From NCBI GenBank assembly GCA_040905465.1, contig JBBDRK010000043.1:32001-96000 (forward strand): a stretch of DNA of 64,000 nt, read 5' to 3'. Origin of the DNA: Trueperaceae bacterium. GTDB taxonomy: Bacteria; Deinococcota; Deinococci; Deinococcales; Trueperaceae. A program made the translations under genes and the position numbers. Of the stretch, positions 20,620 to 30,097 are shown piece by piece; the first letter of the stretch is position 1; each line of letters opens with the position of its first letter. The notes under the pieces were generated by a model, which did not search any database, was not told where the DNA came from, and was given only the letters and a program-made list of their open reading frames with translations.

Positions 20620-20649
20620 TGGACAAATATGGCCACAGTCTGATAGGCT
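20620..20649 (+). promoter_or_regulatory. Putative sigma70 promoter for the ABC-kinase-epimerase operon
   Basis: TGGACA-18 nt-TAGGCT with extended TG. Confidence 0.4.
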
Positions 20650-20778
20650 TTGAGCACTCAGCAGGATGTTTCTAGTTGGCCCGGACACCGCGGTAAGTCC
20701 GATTCAGGTCCAGAGGAGGGGACGACTACACCGGTAGAGAGATGCTGAGGACGCTTCGCTCAGGATAGAGGAGGAGTC

Positions 20779-22278
20779 GTGAAGAGAACCTTATTTATCG
20801 TGCTCGTGTGCCTTGTGCTGGTGCCTTCGTTCGCGTTCGCACAGAAGACGCTGAGATTCGGCATCCCGGTCGACCCGATCAATCTCGATCCGGCCCAGAT
20901 GAGTCACATGGTCGCCCACCGCTTCGTAGCCTTCATGTACCCGAGCCTGTTGCAGTACGACAACGAACTGGCCCTGATACCCGACCTCGCCGAGAGCTTC
21001 CAGATCATAGACGACACTACGTATGAGTTCACGCTTCGCGACGGGATCACGTTCCACCACGGTGAAGAGATAACGTCGGAACACGTCAAGTTCTCGATCG
21101 AAAGGCTTCTGGACCCTGCCGTTCCCTCACCTGAAGCCTTCGAGCTTGCACCGATCACCGAAGTCGAGATTATCGATGATCGCACCTTCCGGCTGGTCAC
21201 CGAGGAGCCGTTTGCCCCGATTCTTCACGGGATCGCCTTCGGCCTGGGCATTCACTCGCCGGAAACGGTCGAGCAGTTCGGTGACTTGCGGTTTCAGGGC
21301 TCCGGTACCGGACCCTTCCAGCTCGTCGAGTACCGGGCGGATGAGATCGTGATCTTCGAGAGATACGAAGGCTACGACGGACCGCAGCCGGCGCTCGATC
21401 GCATCGAGTTCCACGTCATAGCCGACGATGTCGCGCGTTCGACCGCACTGACCGCCGGCGACCTCGACGCCGCACGATTCCTGTCGACGCGGGCTGTCCT
21501 GCCGCTGCGCGGCGTACAGGGACTGACGGTGAACTACACGGGTCAGCCCTCTATCAGCCACTTCCATCTGAACACGCGCCGCGAGCCGTTCGATGACCAG
21601 CGTGTCCGGCTGGCGATGAGCTGCGCATTGGATCGGCAGGCTATCGCCGATATCATCTTCAGCGGCGATGCCGAACCGACCGGTCCGATTCCTCCCTCGA
21701 TGGGTGCCTGGGCGCTTCCGGTCGAGGAGTTCGAATGCTACACCCAGGACCTGGATCGCTCGCGTGAACTCCTGGCGGAGGCAGGTTATCCGGACGGCTT
21801 CTCCAGCACCATGATCGGCAGAGCCGACAACAGCACCGACATCGATCAGTTGCAGATGATGGCCGAGCAGTTCGCGCAGGTCGGAATCGACATGGAGATC
21901 CGTCAGATCGAGTGGGGCGAGATGCTCGACCTCTGGATAACCCAGAAGAACTTCGACACTCTGCTGATCGGTTCCTCTACCGGTCGCGATCCGGACGCCA
22001 ACTTCTTCCGGCGATTCCACTCCGAGTCGGACAGGAACACCGTCGGCTACGAGAACCCGGAAGTCGACGAGCTGATGGAACGGGGCCGCACCACGATCGA
22101 CTTTGATGAGCGCTACGAGATCTACGCCGAGCTCCAGCGCATCATCACCACCGATTCACCCAAGATCTTCACCGTCCAGCTTCCCCTCTACGACGTGTTC
22201 TGGGACCATGTCGAAAATTGGGAGACTCATCCCATGGGCATGTACTACTTCCTCGACGAGGTAGACCTCCAAGAGTAG
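20779..22278 (+). CDS. Family 5 ABC substrate-binding protein
   Basis: GAGGAGGAG RBS, signal peptide ending AFA-Q, FTLRDGITFHHG, GTGPF, RVRLAM. Confidence 0.93.
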   Translation: MKRTLFIVLVCLVLVPSFAFAQKTLRFGIPVDPINLDPAQMSHMVAHRFVAFMYPSLLQYDNELALIPDLAESFQIIDDTTYEFTLRDGITFHHGEEITSEHVKFSIERLLDPAVPSPEAFELAPITEVEIIDDRTFRLVTEEPFAPILHGIAFGLGIHSPETVEQFGDLRFQGSGTGPFQLVEYRADEIVIFERYEGYDGPQPALDRIEFHVIADDVARSTALTAGDLDAARFLSTRAVLPLRGVQGLTVNYTGQPSISHFHLNTRREPFDDQRVRLAMSCALDRQAIADIIFSGDAEPTGPIPPSMGAWALPVEEFECYTQDLDRSRELLAEAGYPDGFSSTMIGRADNSTDIDQLQMMAEQFAQVGIDMEIRQIEWGEMLDLWITQKNFDTLLIGSSTGRDPDANFFRRFHSESDRNTVGYENPEVDELMERGRTTIDFDERYEIYAELQRIITTDSPKIFTVQLPLYDVFWDHVENWETHPMGMYYFLDEVDLQE

Positions 22279-22285
22279 GGGCTGT

Positions 22286-22325
22286 TGCGTCTGGCGCCGG
22301 CCGATCTGAACCGGTGCCAGACGCA
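22286..22325 (+). terminator. Stem-loop after substrate-binding gene
   Basis: TGCGTCTGGCGCCGG-10 nt-CCGGTGCCAGACGCA (one G-U pair). Confidence 0.65.
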
Positions 22326-22342
22326 CCTTCATATCTTCAGTC

Positions 22343-23296
22343 ATGTTGATCTATACGGCCCGTCGGTTCCTGCAACTCACCCCGTTGCTCCTCGGAGTCA
22401 TCCTTGTCGTGATGCTTCTGCCACGGCTGATTCCTGGCGACGTGGTAACGATCATGCTTGGCACCGAGTCCGTGATATCGCCGGAACGGGCTGCCGAGAT
22501 GCGAACTCTGCTCGGCCTCGATCGGAGTTTGCCACAGCAGTACTGGGACTATCTCACCGATCTGGCCCAGGGCGATCTGGGGAGGTCTCTAAGAACCGGG
22601 CGTCCGCTCGGTCCGGTGATCGCAGACCGGTTTCTTCTCAGCGCCAATGTGGCTCTGTTGGCGCTCGCGATGGCCATCATCGTCGGAATTCCACTGGGTG
22701 TTCTCGGCGCCCGCCACCGGAGGTCGCGCTTCAGCGTGTTGCTGCAGACCTTCAATCTCCTGGGGTTATCGCTACCTACCTTCTGGACCGGAACGATTCT
22801 CCTGCTCGTCGCTACCTTCTATTTCGACGACGTCTTTCCGACGATCGGATCGGCCGGTGCCGGTGCACCGTGGTACGAACACCTGCGCTATGCGTTCCTG
22901 CCGAGCCTCACTCTGGCGATCCCCGTTGCCGCGGTGCTGGCTCGAATCACCCAGTCGGCAATGATCGAGGTGCTGGCACAGGACTACATTACGGTTGCAC
23001 GCGCCAAAGGCGTTGCTGAGCGGCTGGTTTTCTACAAGCATGCGTTGAGGAACTCCTTGATCCCGGTCGTCACCGAGCTGGGCTTGCAGGCAGGACTCAT
23101 TCTCGGCGGGGTCGTGACGATCGAATTGGTCTTCTCTTACCCCGGGATCGGATTACTGGTGCTGACCGCCATCGGTCAACGCGACTATCCGATCCTCCAG
23201 TCCGTTCTCCTGATCGTGAGCTTCCTGTTCTTCGTCATAAACTTCCTGGTCGATCTCTCCTACGCCTTGCTCAATCCGCGGATCACCTACTCGTGA
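22343..23296 (+). CDS. Dpp/Opp ABC permease (B-type)
   Basis: DYITVARAKG, HALRN, YPGIG, NPRI. Confidence 0.93.
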   Translation: MLIYTARRFLQLTPLLLGVILVVMLLPRLIPGDVVTIMLGTESVISPERAAEMRTLLGLDRSLPQQYWDYLTDLAQGDLGRSLRTGRPLGPVIADRFLLSANVALLALAMAIIVGIPLGVLGARHRRSRFSVLLQTFNLLGLSLPTFWTGTILLLVATFYFDDVFPTIGSAGAGAPWYEHLRYAFLPSLTLAIPVAAVLARITQSAMIEVLAQDYITVARAKGVAERLVFYKHALRNSLIPVVTELGLQAGLILGGVVTIELVFSYPGIGLLVLTAIGQRDYPILQSVLLIVSFLFFVINFLVDLSYALLNPRITYS

Positions 23297-24144
23297 CCCA
23301 CAGACGCTGGCGACTCATGACCAAGCCCTTCAGGCAGAGCGCCGAGCTGTCTATCGGCACGTTCATGCTCGTAGGGCTTGCCGCGCTGTTCCTGGTAGGC
23401 CCGTCTCTGGCACCCTATCCGCCATCGCGCATGGGCGTGGGACCTCCGTTCGCGCCGGCGTTCGAGAGTGGACACCTGTTGGGCACCGACGAGCTCGGGA
23501 GGGACGTCCTGTCGCGGGTCGTGCACGGCACGCGCTACTCGCTCCTGGTCACCCTCGCGTCGGCGGTCCTCGCCACGGTGGTAGGCGGCTTCCTCGGGAT
23601 GCTCTCAGGGTACTACTCGGGTTGGCTGGACATCGGGGTCATGCGCCTGGCAGACCTGCTGCTGTCGTTCCCCGGGCTCCTGTTGGCGATCGTGATCGTA
23701 GCCATAATGGGACCCGGCATCACCAACACCGCGATCGTGATCGGCGCAGTGTACGCTCCTCGCGTCGCCCGCATCAGCCGTGGTGCCGTGTTGGCGGCGA
23801 AGGAGAATGACTACGTTACCGCCGCCACCGCCCTCGGCGTGCGCTCGCTGAGGGTCCTCATGCGGCACATCCTTCCCAACATCCTGCCCACGGTCGCAAT
23901 CTATATGAGCCTGCTCCTTGCATACGGGCTCCTCTTCGAAGCCTCGCTGTCGTTCCTGGGCCTGGGCGTGCAGCCGCCGTTGCCTTCATGGGGCGGCATG
24001 CTGCGCTCTGCCCGCACGTTCATCCAGATCGCCCCCGGCCTTTCGATCTGGCCCGGTTTGGCGATTCTGTATGCGGTGCTGACCTTTTTCTTCCTTTCCG
24101 AAGGCCTTCGTGCCGTTCTGGACCCGAGGCTTCGCGATCGGTGA
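23293..24144 (+). CDS. Dpp/Opp ABC permease (C-type)
   Basis: HLLGTDELGRD, LSFLGLGVQPP, DPR. Confidence 0.93.
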   Translation: MTHRRWRLMTKPFRQSAELSIGTFMLVGLAALFLVGPSLAPYPPSRMGVGPPFAPAFESGHLLGTDELGRDVLSRVVHGTRYSLLVTLASAVLATVVGGFLGMLSGYYSGWLDIGVMRLADLLLSFPGLLLAIVIVAIMGPGITNTAIVIGAVYAPRVARISRGAVLAAKENDYVTAATALGVRSLRVLMRHILPNILPTVAIYMSLLLAYGLLFEASLSFLGLGVQPPLPSWGGMLRSARTFIQIAPGLSIWPGLAILYAVLTFFFLSEGLRAVLDPRLRDR

Positions 24145-24187
24145 GAGCGACTCGGTCTACTCGTAACCCTGAACCGGAGGAGTCCGA

Positions 24188-25720
24188 ATGAACGTATGGG
24201 TTCTCTCGCTCGATATAGGCACCACCTCTGTGAAGGCGGCGGCCGTTACGCTCGATGGGCAGTCGCTCGCTTCAAGGACCTCCCCGTACCGCACCCACCG
24301 GCCGCGCCCGAACGTAGTCGAGCATGATCCGAACGACTGGTGGGCGGCGACCCGAAAGGCCTGTGCCGAGCTGTTCGGCGCCTCCGGTGTCGAGCCGTCG
24401 GACCTGGTCGCCGTCGGGCTGAGCGGGATGGCGGCCACGCATGTGCTGCTTGGAGCCGACGGTGGCCTGATGGGTCCCGCCATCATCTGGCAGGACACCC
24501 GGGCAACGCGTGAAGCAGCTCGGTTGAATGAGCAACTTGGCGAAGATGGGATTCGCGCCGCACTCGGGTCCGGCATCGGCATGACGGCCTCGATGCAGGG
24601 CGCCCGCATGCTGTGGCTGCACGAAAATGCGCCCGAACTCCTGGCTGGAACGCGCCACATCCTGGGCTCGAAGGATTACCTTCTCTACCTGCTCACAGGG
24701 GAGCTGGCCACCGATAGGACCTCGTGCAGTGGCTTGTGCCATATTCTTACCGGGGAGTTGCATGCGGCGATGGCGAGCGCGACCGGCGTCGATGCAAGCC
24801 TCCTTCCGCCACGGCTGGACCCGACAACCGTCGGAGGTCGTGTCACAGCGGGGGCGTCTCGCGCAACGGGCATTCCCGAGGGGACACCGGTTGCGGTGGG
24901 AATGATCGACTCCTGGTGCAATATCCTTGGCGCCGCCGTCACCGATCCCGGCGACGCGTTCGATACCGCCGGCACGGCGGAGGTCGTAGGTGTGGCGGCT
25001 GCCGCCAACTCCAGGCTGGCCCAGACGTCCGAGCGCCAGTTCCTCACCGAGGTGGCGCTGTCGTACGGTGTCACCCAGTGCGGAACGGACGCATTGACCT
25101 GGTACGGGGAGGTTTTTCCTGAGCATGGTGCCGATGGCGCCCAGCTCGGTGAGGATTCGCTCTATCGTCATCTGGATGGCCTGGCGGACTCGGCTGCCCC
25201 CGGAGCCGACGGACTGATCTTCCTCCCATACCTGCAGGGGGAACGGGCCCCCTTCTCGGACTCCCGCGTACGGGCCGGGTTCCACGGGGTTCACCGGGGT
25301 CACCGCCGTCCCGATTTCGTCCGTTCTGTGCTCGAGGGAGTCGCTTTCAGCGTGCGTCATGTCCTGGAGGCGCACGAGGAGCTCGGTGAGGTCCAGGCAA
25401 GTCAGGTAGTGGTGACCAGTGGCGGATCGAAGAGCCGGCTGTGGAACCAGATCAAGGCGGACGTGGTGGGCCGGCCGTTCGCCAGCCTCGAAGTCAGCGA
25501 CGCCGGGTCGGTCGGTGCCGCTATACTCGGCGCGGTTGCCGTCGGACGGTATTCGATTACGGAGGGGGTAGAGCGAATGGTCCGTATTGCCACCGTGTCC
25601 GAGCCCCAGCCGGGGCTTCGCGACCGATACGACGAACTCTACGGGTTGTATCTGCAGCTCGGCACGACGTTGCGAGACGTCCATCATCGGATCGCCGACT
25701 ATCAGGCACGGGAAGGGTGA
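24188..25720 (+). CDS. FGGY carbohydrate kinase (xylulokinase-like)
   Basis: LDIGTTSVK, AIIWQDTR, LPYLQGERAP, VLEGVAF. Confidence 0.92.
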   Translation: MNVWVLSLDIGTTSVKAAAVTLDGQSLASRTSPYRTHRPRPNVVEHDPNDWWAATRKACAELFGASGVEPSDLVAVGLSGMAATHVLLGADGGLMGPAIIWQDTRATREAARLNEQLGEDGIRAALGSGIGMTASMQGARMLWLHENAPELLAGTRHILGSKDYLLYLLTGELATDRTSCSGLCHILTGELHAAMASATGVDASLLPPRLDPTTVGGRVTAGASRATGIPEGTPVAVGMIDSWCNILGAAVTDPGDAFDTAGTAEVVGVAAAANSRLAQTSERQFLTEVALSYGVTQCGTDALTWYGEVFPEHGADGAQLGEDSLYRHLDGLADSAAPGADGLIFLPYLQGERAPFSDSRVRAGFHGVHRGHRRPDFVRSVLEGVAFSVRHVLEAHEELGEVQASQVVVTSGGSKSRLWNQIKADVVGRPFASLEVSDAGSVGAAILGAVAVGRYSITEGVERMVRIATVSEPQPGLRDRYDELYGLYLQLGTTLRDVHHRIADYQAREG

Positions 25721-25795
25721 AGCGGTGCTAAAACTCGAAGCCGGCACATCTTGCCCTCCAATCGACGCGGCACATGCACTGTCTGGGGGAGGCTC

Positions 25796-26494
25796 ATGGC
25801 CAGGCTAGCCGCGTCGCTTCTCGCTGCCGACCCCGGGCGGCTGGCAGAGGCAACGATAGCCGCCGACGAGTTCGGTATACCCGTATTGCACCTCGATGCC
25901 GTCGACGGCCACTTCGCCAGGTGGATAGCCTTTGGACCTGATACGGTCGCCGCCCTGCGCCCGTTGTTCAAGGGCTTCTTCGATGTGCACCTGATGCTCA
26001 TGCAGCCGGAGCGGCACATCGAGCGCTATGCCGAGGCCGGAGCGGACGGGATGACGGTTCACCTCGACGCTACCCTTCACCATCATCGGCACCTCGGTTC
26101 GATCCGCAAGCTCGGCTGCGAAGCGGGCGTGGCTATCAGTCCCGGCACCCCGATCGAAGCCGCCCTGGAGCTGTTCCAGCTCGAGTCGGTCGATCGCCTG
26201 CTCATCATGAGTGTCAATCCCGGATTCGCAGCGGCACCGTTTCTGGAGAATCTGTTGCGGAAGGTCGACCGTGCCAGACGGTTACGGGACGAAAACGGGT
26301 GGCACTTTCAGATATCGGTCGATGGCGGGATGAACATTCAAAACGTCGGGCCGGTCGTCGATGCCGGGGCCGACGTTATAGTCAGCGGCAGCGGCCTCTA
26401 CTCCGGTCCGTCGTTCGCAGAGAGTGCCAGGGCCCTGATGGATGCCCTCGAGCAGCGGTTTGATGAAGACGGTCGGCGCGATCAGGCGGTATAA
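25796..26494 (+). CDS. rpe: Ribulose-phosphate 3-epimerase family (copy 2)
   Basis: HLDAVDGHF, DVHLM, MSVNPG, SVDGG; GGAGG RBS. Confidence 0.88.
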   Translation: MARLAASLLAADPGRLAEATIAADEFGIPVLHLDAVDGHFARWIAFGPDTVAALRPLFKGFFDVHLMLMQPERHIERYAEAGADGMTVHLDATLHHHRHLGSIRKLGCEAGVAISPGTPIEAALELFQLESVDRLLIMSVNPGFAAAPFLENLLRKVDRARRLRDENGWHFQISVDGGMNIQNVGPVVDAGADVIVSGSGLYSGPSFAESARALMDALEQRFDEDGRRDQAV

Positions 26495-27276
26495 CCGCCG
26501 TCGACGGCCAGGATGGCTCCGGTAGTGTATCCGGCGTCGTCACAGGCAAAGTAGGCGATGGCCGCTGCGATCTCCTGCGGTGTCCCCAGTCTGCCGGCGG
26601 GCCGCGTCGCATAGCGTGCCAGAGCGGCCTGCGGATCGGGGGTGAGCGCCACCGCGTTCAGAACCATGGGCGTACGCGTCGTTCCAGGGCAGACGCAATT
26701 CACCCGCACGCCGTCATCGGCCAGATCGAGTGCCATGCAGCGCGTGAGCTCGACCACGGCCGCCTTGGCTGCACAGTATCCCGCCAGCCCTCGTATTCCT
26801 TTCAGGCCCGCCTCCGAAGAGACGTTTACGATGGCGCCGCGGCCCTGCCGCTTCATGATCCGGGCCCCTTCACGGGCGCAGTAGAACGTCCCGGTGAGGT
26901 TGACAGCTATCAGCTCGTTCCACACGTCGCTGGACGTCTCGTCTGCAGCGCCGCGCGTCAGCAGCCCGGCCGAGTTCACGAGCACCGTAGGAGAACCCAA
27001 TCGCGACTCCACTTCGGCAAAGGCGTTCTCGACGCTGCCGTCGTCGGTCACGTCGCAGCGAACCCACTCACCCTGCGGAGCATCGCTCGGCAGTCGTCGC
27101 AGAACTTTGCGTGCCGCCTTCTCGTCGCGGCTGAGTATCGCCACTCTGGCACCGGACGAAGCGAGCAGTTCGGCGGTGGCCGCGCCTATACCGCTCGAGC
27201 CGCCGACCACCACTGCTACATGGCCCGCGAAGTCGTAGCGTATTGAAGCCCGAGCCGTTCCTTGCGATTCCGTCAT
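26482..27276 (-). CDS. Short-chain dehydrogenase/reductase
   Basis: GGSSGIG, NSAG, YCAAK, VDGG. Confidence 0.92.
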   Translation of the reverse strand: MTESQGTARASIRYDFAGHVAVVVGGSSGIGAATAELLASSGARVAILSRDEKAARKVLRRLPSDAPQGEWVRCDVTDDGSVENAFAEVESRLGSPTVLVNSAGLLTRGAADETSSDVWNELIAVNLTGTFYCAREGARIMKRQGRGAIVNVSSEAGLKGIRGLAGYCAAKAAVVELTRCMALDLADDGVRVNCVCPGTTRTPMVLNAVALTPDPQAALARYATRPAGRLGTPQEIAAAIAYFACDDAGYTTGAILAVDGGYTA

Positions 27277-27302
27277 GAGCAAACCTCCGCCGTCCACGGC
27301 GC

Positions 27303-28418
27303 CTAGCGGCGAGAAAAGTCGAAACCGGAGTCAATACCCCCGATGGCGGATGCCAGAAGCTCGATCAGGCCATCGAGGTCGGCAAGGTCCGTGGTTTCGA
27401 TCGGGGTATGCGCGTAGCGCCGAGGGGTTCCGACATCTATACAGGCGACGCCTTCCCCCACGAGCTGTACGTATGCGGCGTCCGTGAGTCCCCCGAACCC
27501 TGCATTGCGTTGGAGCGGGACACCGGTTGCTTTGGCCGTACCCTCGATCAGACGAACCAGTGCCGGGTGCGGCAGTAGTCCGTTTAGTGTGCCCCTACCG
27601 TGGAAGTTGTAAAGCGACATGGTTGGCCCTTCGCCCAACCTCACATGACTCATTCCATAGAGATCAGGGGTGTCCGCGGCCGCTCCCCCATCGACGCAGA
27701 TCGCGATGTCTGGACGAAGCGCATTGGCCGCGGGCTGTGCGCCCCTGAGGTTGAATTCCTCCTGCACGGTGGCGACCACATGGACGGTTGCAGCCGGTTT
27801 TTTGACATGCAACTCCCGAAGGACCTCGAGGATTACCAGGCAGCCGCTACGGTTGTCGACGGCCGTGCCACTCACCCGGTTCTTTCCCAACCATTGGGCG
27901 TGACCCACGTAGGTGACGGGATCTCCGATCTGCACCCCCATCTCGCGCACTTCTTCGGCACTCGTCGCCCCGAGGTCGAGGAACAACTCGGCTAGCGGCG
28001 TAACACGCAGCTTCTCTTCCGCCGGGGTTACGTGATGGGCCTTCACGGCGATGACTGCGGGGACGTCAGTGCCGTCGCTGGTAGAGACGACCACGCGCAG
28101 CGCGGGAAGGACCTTCTCCGGAATGCCTCCGAGACGGTAGACGCGCACGAACCCGTCGTCTTCGATCTTCCGCACGATGAACCCGAGCGAGTCCATGTGG
28201 GCGAAGAGCATCACCGTGGGAGCGGCAGGATCGCTGCCGTTCACCGTGGCGATGACGTTCCCTAGTCGGTCTTCACGGACCTCATCGGCGAACGGTTGCA
28301 TGTTGTCCGCCATGAACGACGCCACTCTTTGTTCGTGTCCGGCGAGCCCCTGCAGGCGCATGAGATCGAACAGCAGCGTGCTGCGCCTATCCCTCTGGTC
28401 CGGTTGATTACTATCCAT
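27303..28418 (-). CDS. sgcX: M42 family metallohydrolase, SgcX-like (copy 1)
   Basis: AHMD, DNR, QEEFNLRG, FHGRGTLNGL, RYAHTP. QEEFNxRG and HGRGTL match E. coli SgcX as I recall it. Confidence 0.82.
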   Translation of the reverse strand: MDSNQPDQRDRRSTLLFDLMRLQGLAGHEQRVASFMADNMQPFADEVREDRLGNVIATVNGSDPAAPTVMLFAHMDSLGFIVRKIEDDGFVRVYRLGGIPEKVLPALRVVVSTSDGTDVPAVIAVKAHHVTPAEEKLRVTPLAELFLDLGATSAEEVREMGVQIGDPVTYVGHAQWLGKNRVSGTAVDNRSGCLVILEVLRELHVKKPAATVHVVATVQEEFNLRGAQPAANALRPDIAICVDGGAAADTPDLYGMSHVRLGEGPTMSLYNFHGRGTLNGLLPHPALVRLIEGTAKATGVPLQRNAGFGGLTDAAYVQLVGEGVACIDVGTPRRYAHTPIETTDLADLDGLIELLASAIGGIDSGFDFSRR

Positions 28419-28474
28419 GCTTGCTCACGCTCCTTGTGTGCCAAGAGACTCGTATAGGGTCGAACAGAGGTCGG

Positions 28475-29206
28475 CTATCCGGTCCGCCTCATCAGGCTGA
28501 AGGTTTGGCCGGAGGGGCCGGGGGCTGGGCAGCTAGCCAGGTACAGCGCCAGAGGCACGACATCGTCGGGGTTTTTGATCCACTCCGAGCCAACGTTCAT
28601 GACCGAACCCGAGCCCTTCTCGGCGACGGTCATCTCGGTCCGTACCGGACCGGGAATGAGCTCGTTGACGGATATACCGTACGGAGCGAGTTCGTCGGAC
28701 AATAGTCTGGTGAGTGCCCAAAGTGCAGCCTTCGAGCAGATGTATGACGAGTTGCTGTTGCGGGCATGGTGTCCCGTTCCCGATCCGATCGTCACAACGC
28801 GCCCTCCTGAACTCGACTTCAGGTATGGGATCGCGAGCCGAATACAGTGATACGCCCCAGTGAGGTTGACAGCGATGGTCTGCTGCCAAGCCAGGGGATC
28901 GCTCTCTTCTACCGGACGCTGGTCTACGTTGATCCCCGCGTTCACTACCAGCAGGTCGAGTCGGGCCGCGTCGCCCGTTAGCTCTCTGATCGCTCGCTCC
29001 ACTGAGCCGGGGTCGGTGACGTCGGCCTCCAATGGAAGCGCCTTGCCGCCGGCGCTCTCTATGGCAGCACTGGTCGTCCGGATGTCGTCGCGGTTGCGGC
29101 CAAGGCACCCGACGAGCGCGCCTTCCGCGCCATAGGCGCGTGCAATTGCCGCCCCTATGCCGCGACTGGCCCCGGTAACGAGTGCGATCTTCCCTTGTAG
29201 TCGCAT
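28475..29206 (-). CDS. Short-chain dehydrogenase/reductase
   Basis: TGASRGIG, NAG, YICSK. Confidence 0.92.
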   Translation of the reverse strand: MRLQGKIALVTGASRGIGAAIARAYGAEGALVGCLGRNRDDIRTTSAAIESAGGKALPLEADVTDPGSVERAIRELTGDAARLDLLVVNAGINVDQRPVEESDPLAWQQTIAVNLTGAYHCIRLAIPYLKSSSGGRVVTIGSGTGHHARNSNSSYICSKAALWALTRLLSDELAPYGISVNELIPGPVRTEMTVAEKGSGSVMNVGSEWIKNPDDVVPLALYLASCPAPGPSGQTFSLMRRTG

Positions 29207-29253
29207 GGCCTCACCTTCTTTGGTCGGGTTGCGAACTGGCGAGCTGGCGTTCG

Positions 29254-30039
29254 TTACCAGGACGTATACCCGCCGTCTATCACGAGATTTGTGCCTGTTG
29301 CATATGAGGAAGCGTCGGAAGCCAGATAGAGTACTGCCCGGGCGACTTCGAGAGGCTCACCGACCCTCCCCATGGGGGTCATGCTGACCCACGTTTCCGC
29401 CCAGGCAGGATTGGCCATACCCCGCTTGGTCAAGGCGGTGCCGATATAGCCTGGCGACACCGAGTTCACCCGCACGTTGCGCCCAGCCCACTCTGTCGCC
29501 AACGACTTGGTAAGCATGATGACCCCGGCCTTCGAAACGTTGTAATGGACCTGCGGCTGCGGCTTGTTGGCAACGAGGCCGGACATGGACGCGATATTCA
29601 CGATGACTCCGGCTTCCTTCCGGAGCATGTGCCGCCCTACCTCGCGGCACATCCAGAAGGCACCGTTGAGGTTCACGTCGAGCACATCGCGCCACTCGGT
29701 ATCCGCGATCTCTTCCGCGGCGGTGTTGTATACGATCCCGGCATTGTTGACCAGCACGTCGATCCGGGAGAAGTCGTCGACCACATTGGCGACCACGTCA
29801 CGAACCTGTTCCGGATCACGCACGTCCAATTCGTACGATGCTGCCTTCGCCCCGGTTCGACCCAGCTCCTCGGCCGCCGTTCGGCCGGCTTTGCCGTCGA
29901 ACTCGGCGATGGCGACGTCGGCTCCCGCAGCAGCCAGAAGGTCGGCGATCGCCCGGCCGATTCCCCGACCAGCGCCGGTTATCAGTGCTGTACGCCCCGC
30001 CAGGCTCGTATGCGGTTCGCTGCTCGGTCTCCCATTCAC
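29254..30039 (-). CDS. Short-chain dehydrogenase/reductase (polyol/sugar dehydrogenase-like)
   Basis: TGAGRGIG, NNAG, ASMSG..NKPQPQVHYNVSK. Confidence 0.92.
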   Translation of the reverse strand: MNGRPSSEPHTSLAGRTALITGAGRGIGRAIADLLAAAGADVAIAEFDGKAGRTAAEELGRTGAKAASYELDVRDPEQVRDVVANVVDDFSRIDVLVNNAGIVYNTAAEEIADTEWRDVLDVNLNGAFWMCREVGRHMLRKEAGVIVNIASMSGLVANKPQPQVHYNVSKAGVIMLTKSLATEWAGRNVRVNSVSPGYIGTALTKRGMANPAWAETWVSMTPMGRVGEPLEVARAVLYLASDASSYATGTNLVIDGGYTSW

Positions 30040-30097
30040 TGTCGTCGCCTCCCGAACGAAAGTGGCGGCCTGACAGAAGAACGCAGAACGGCGTCGA

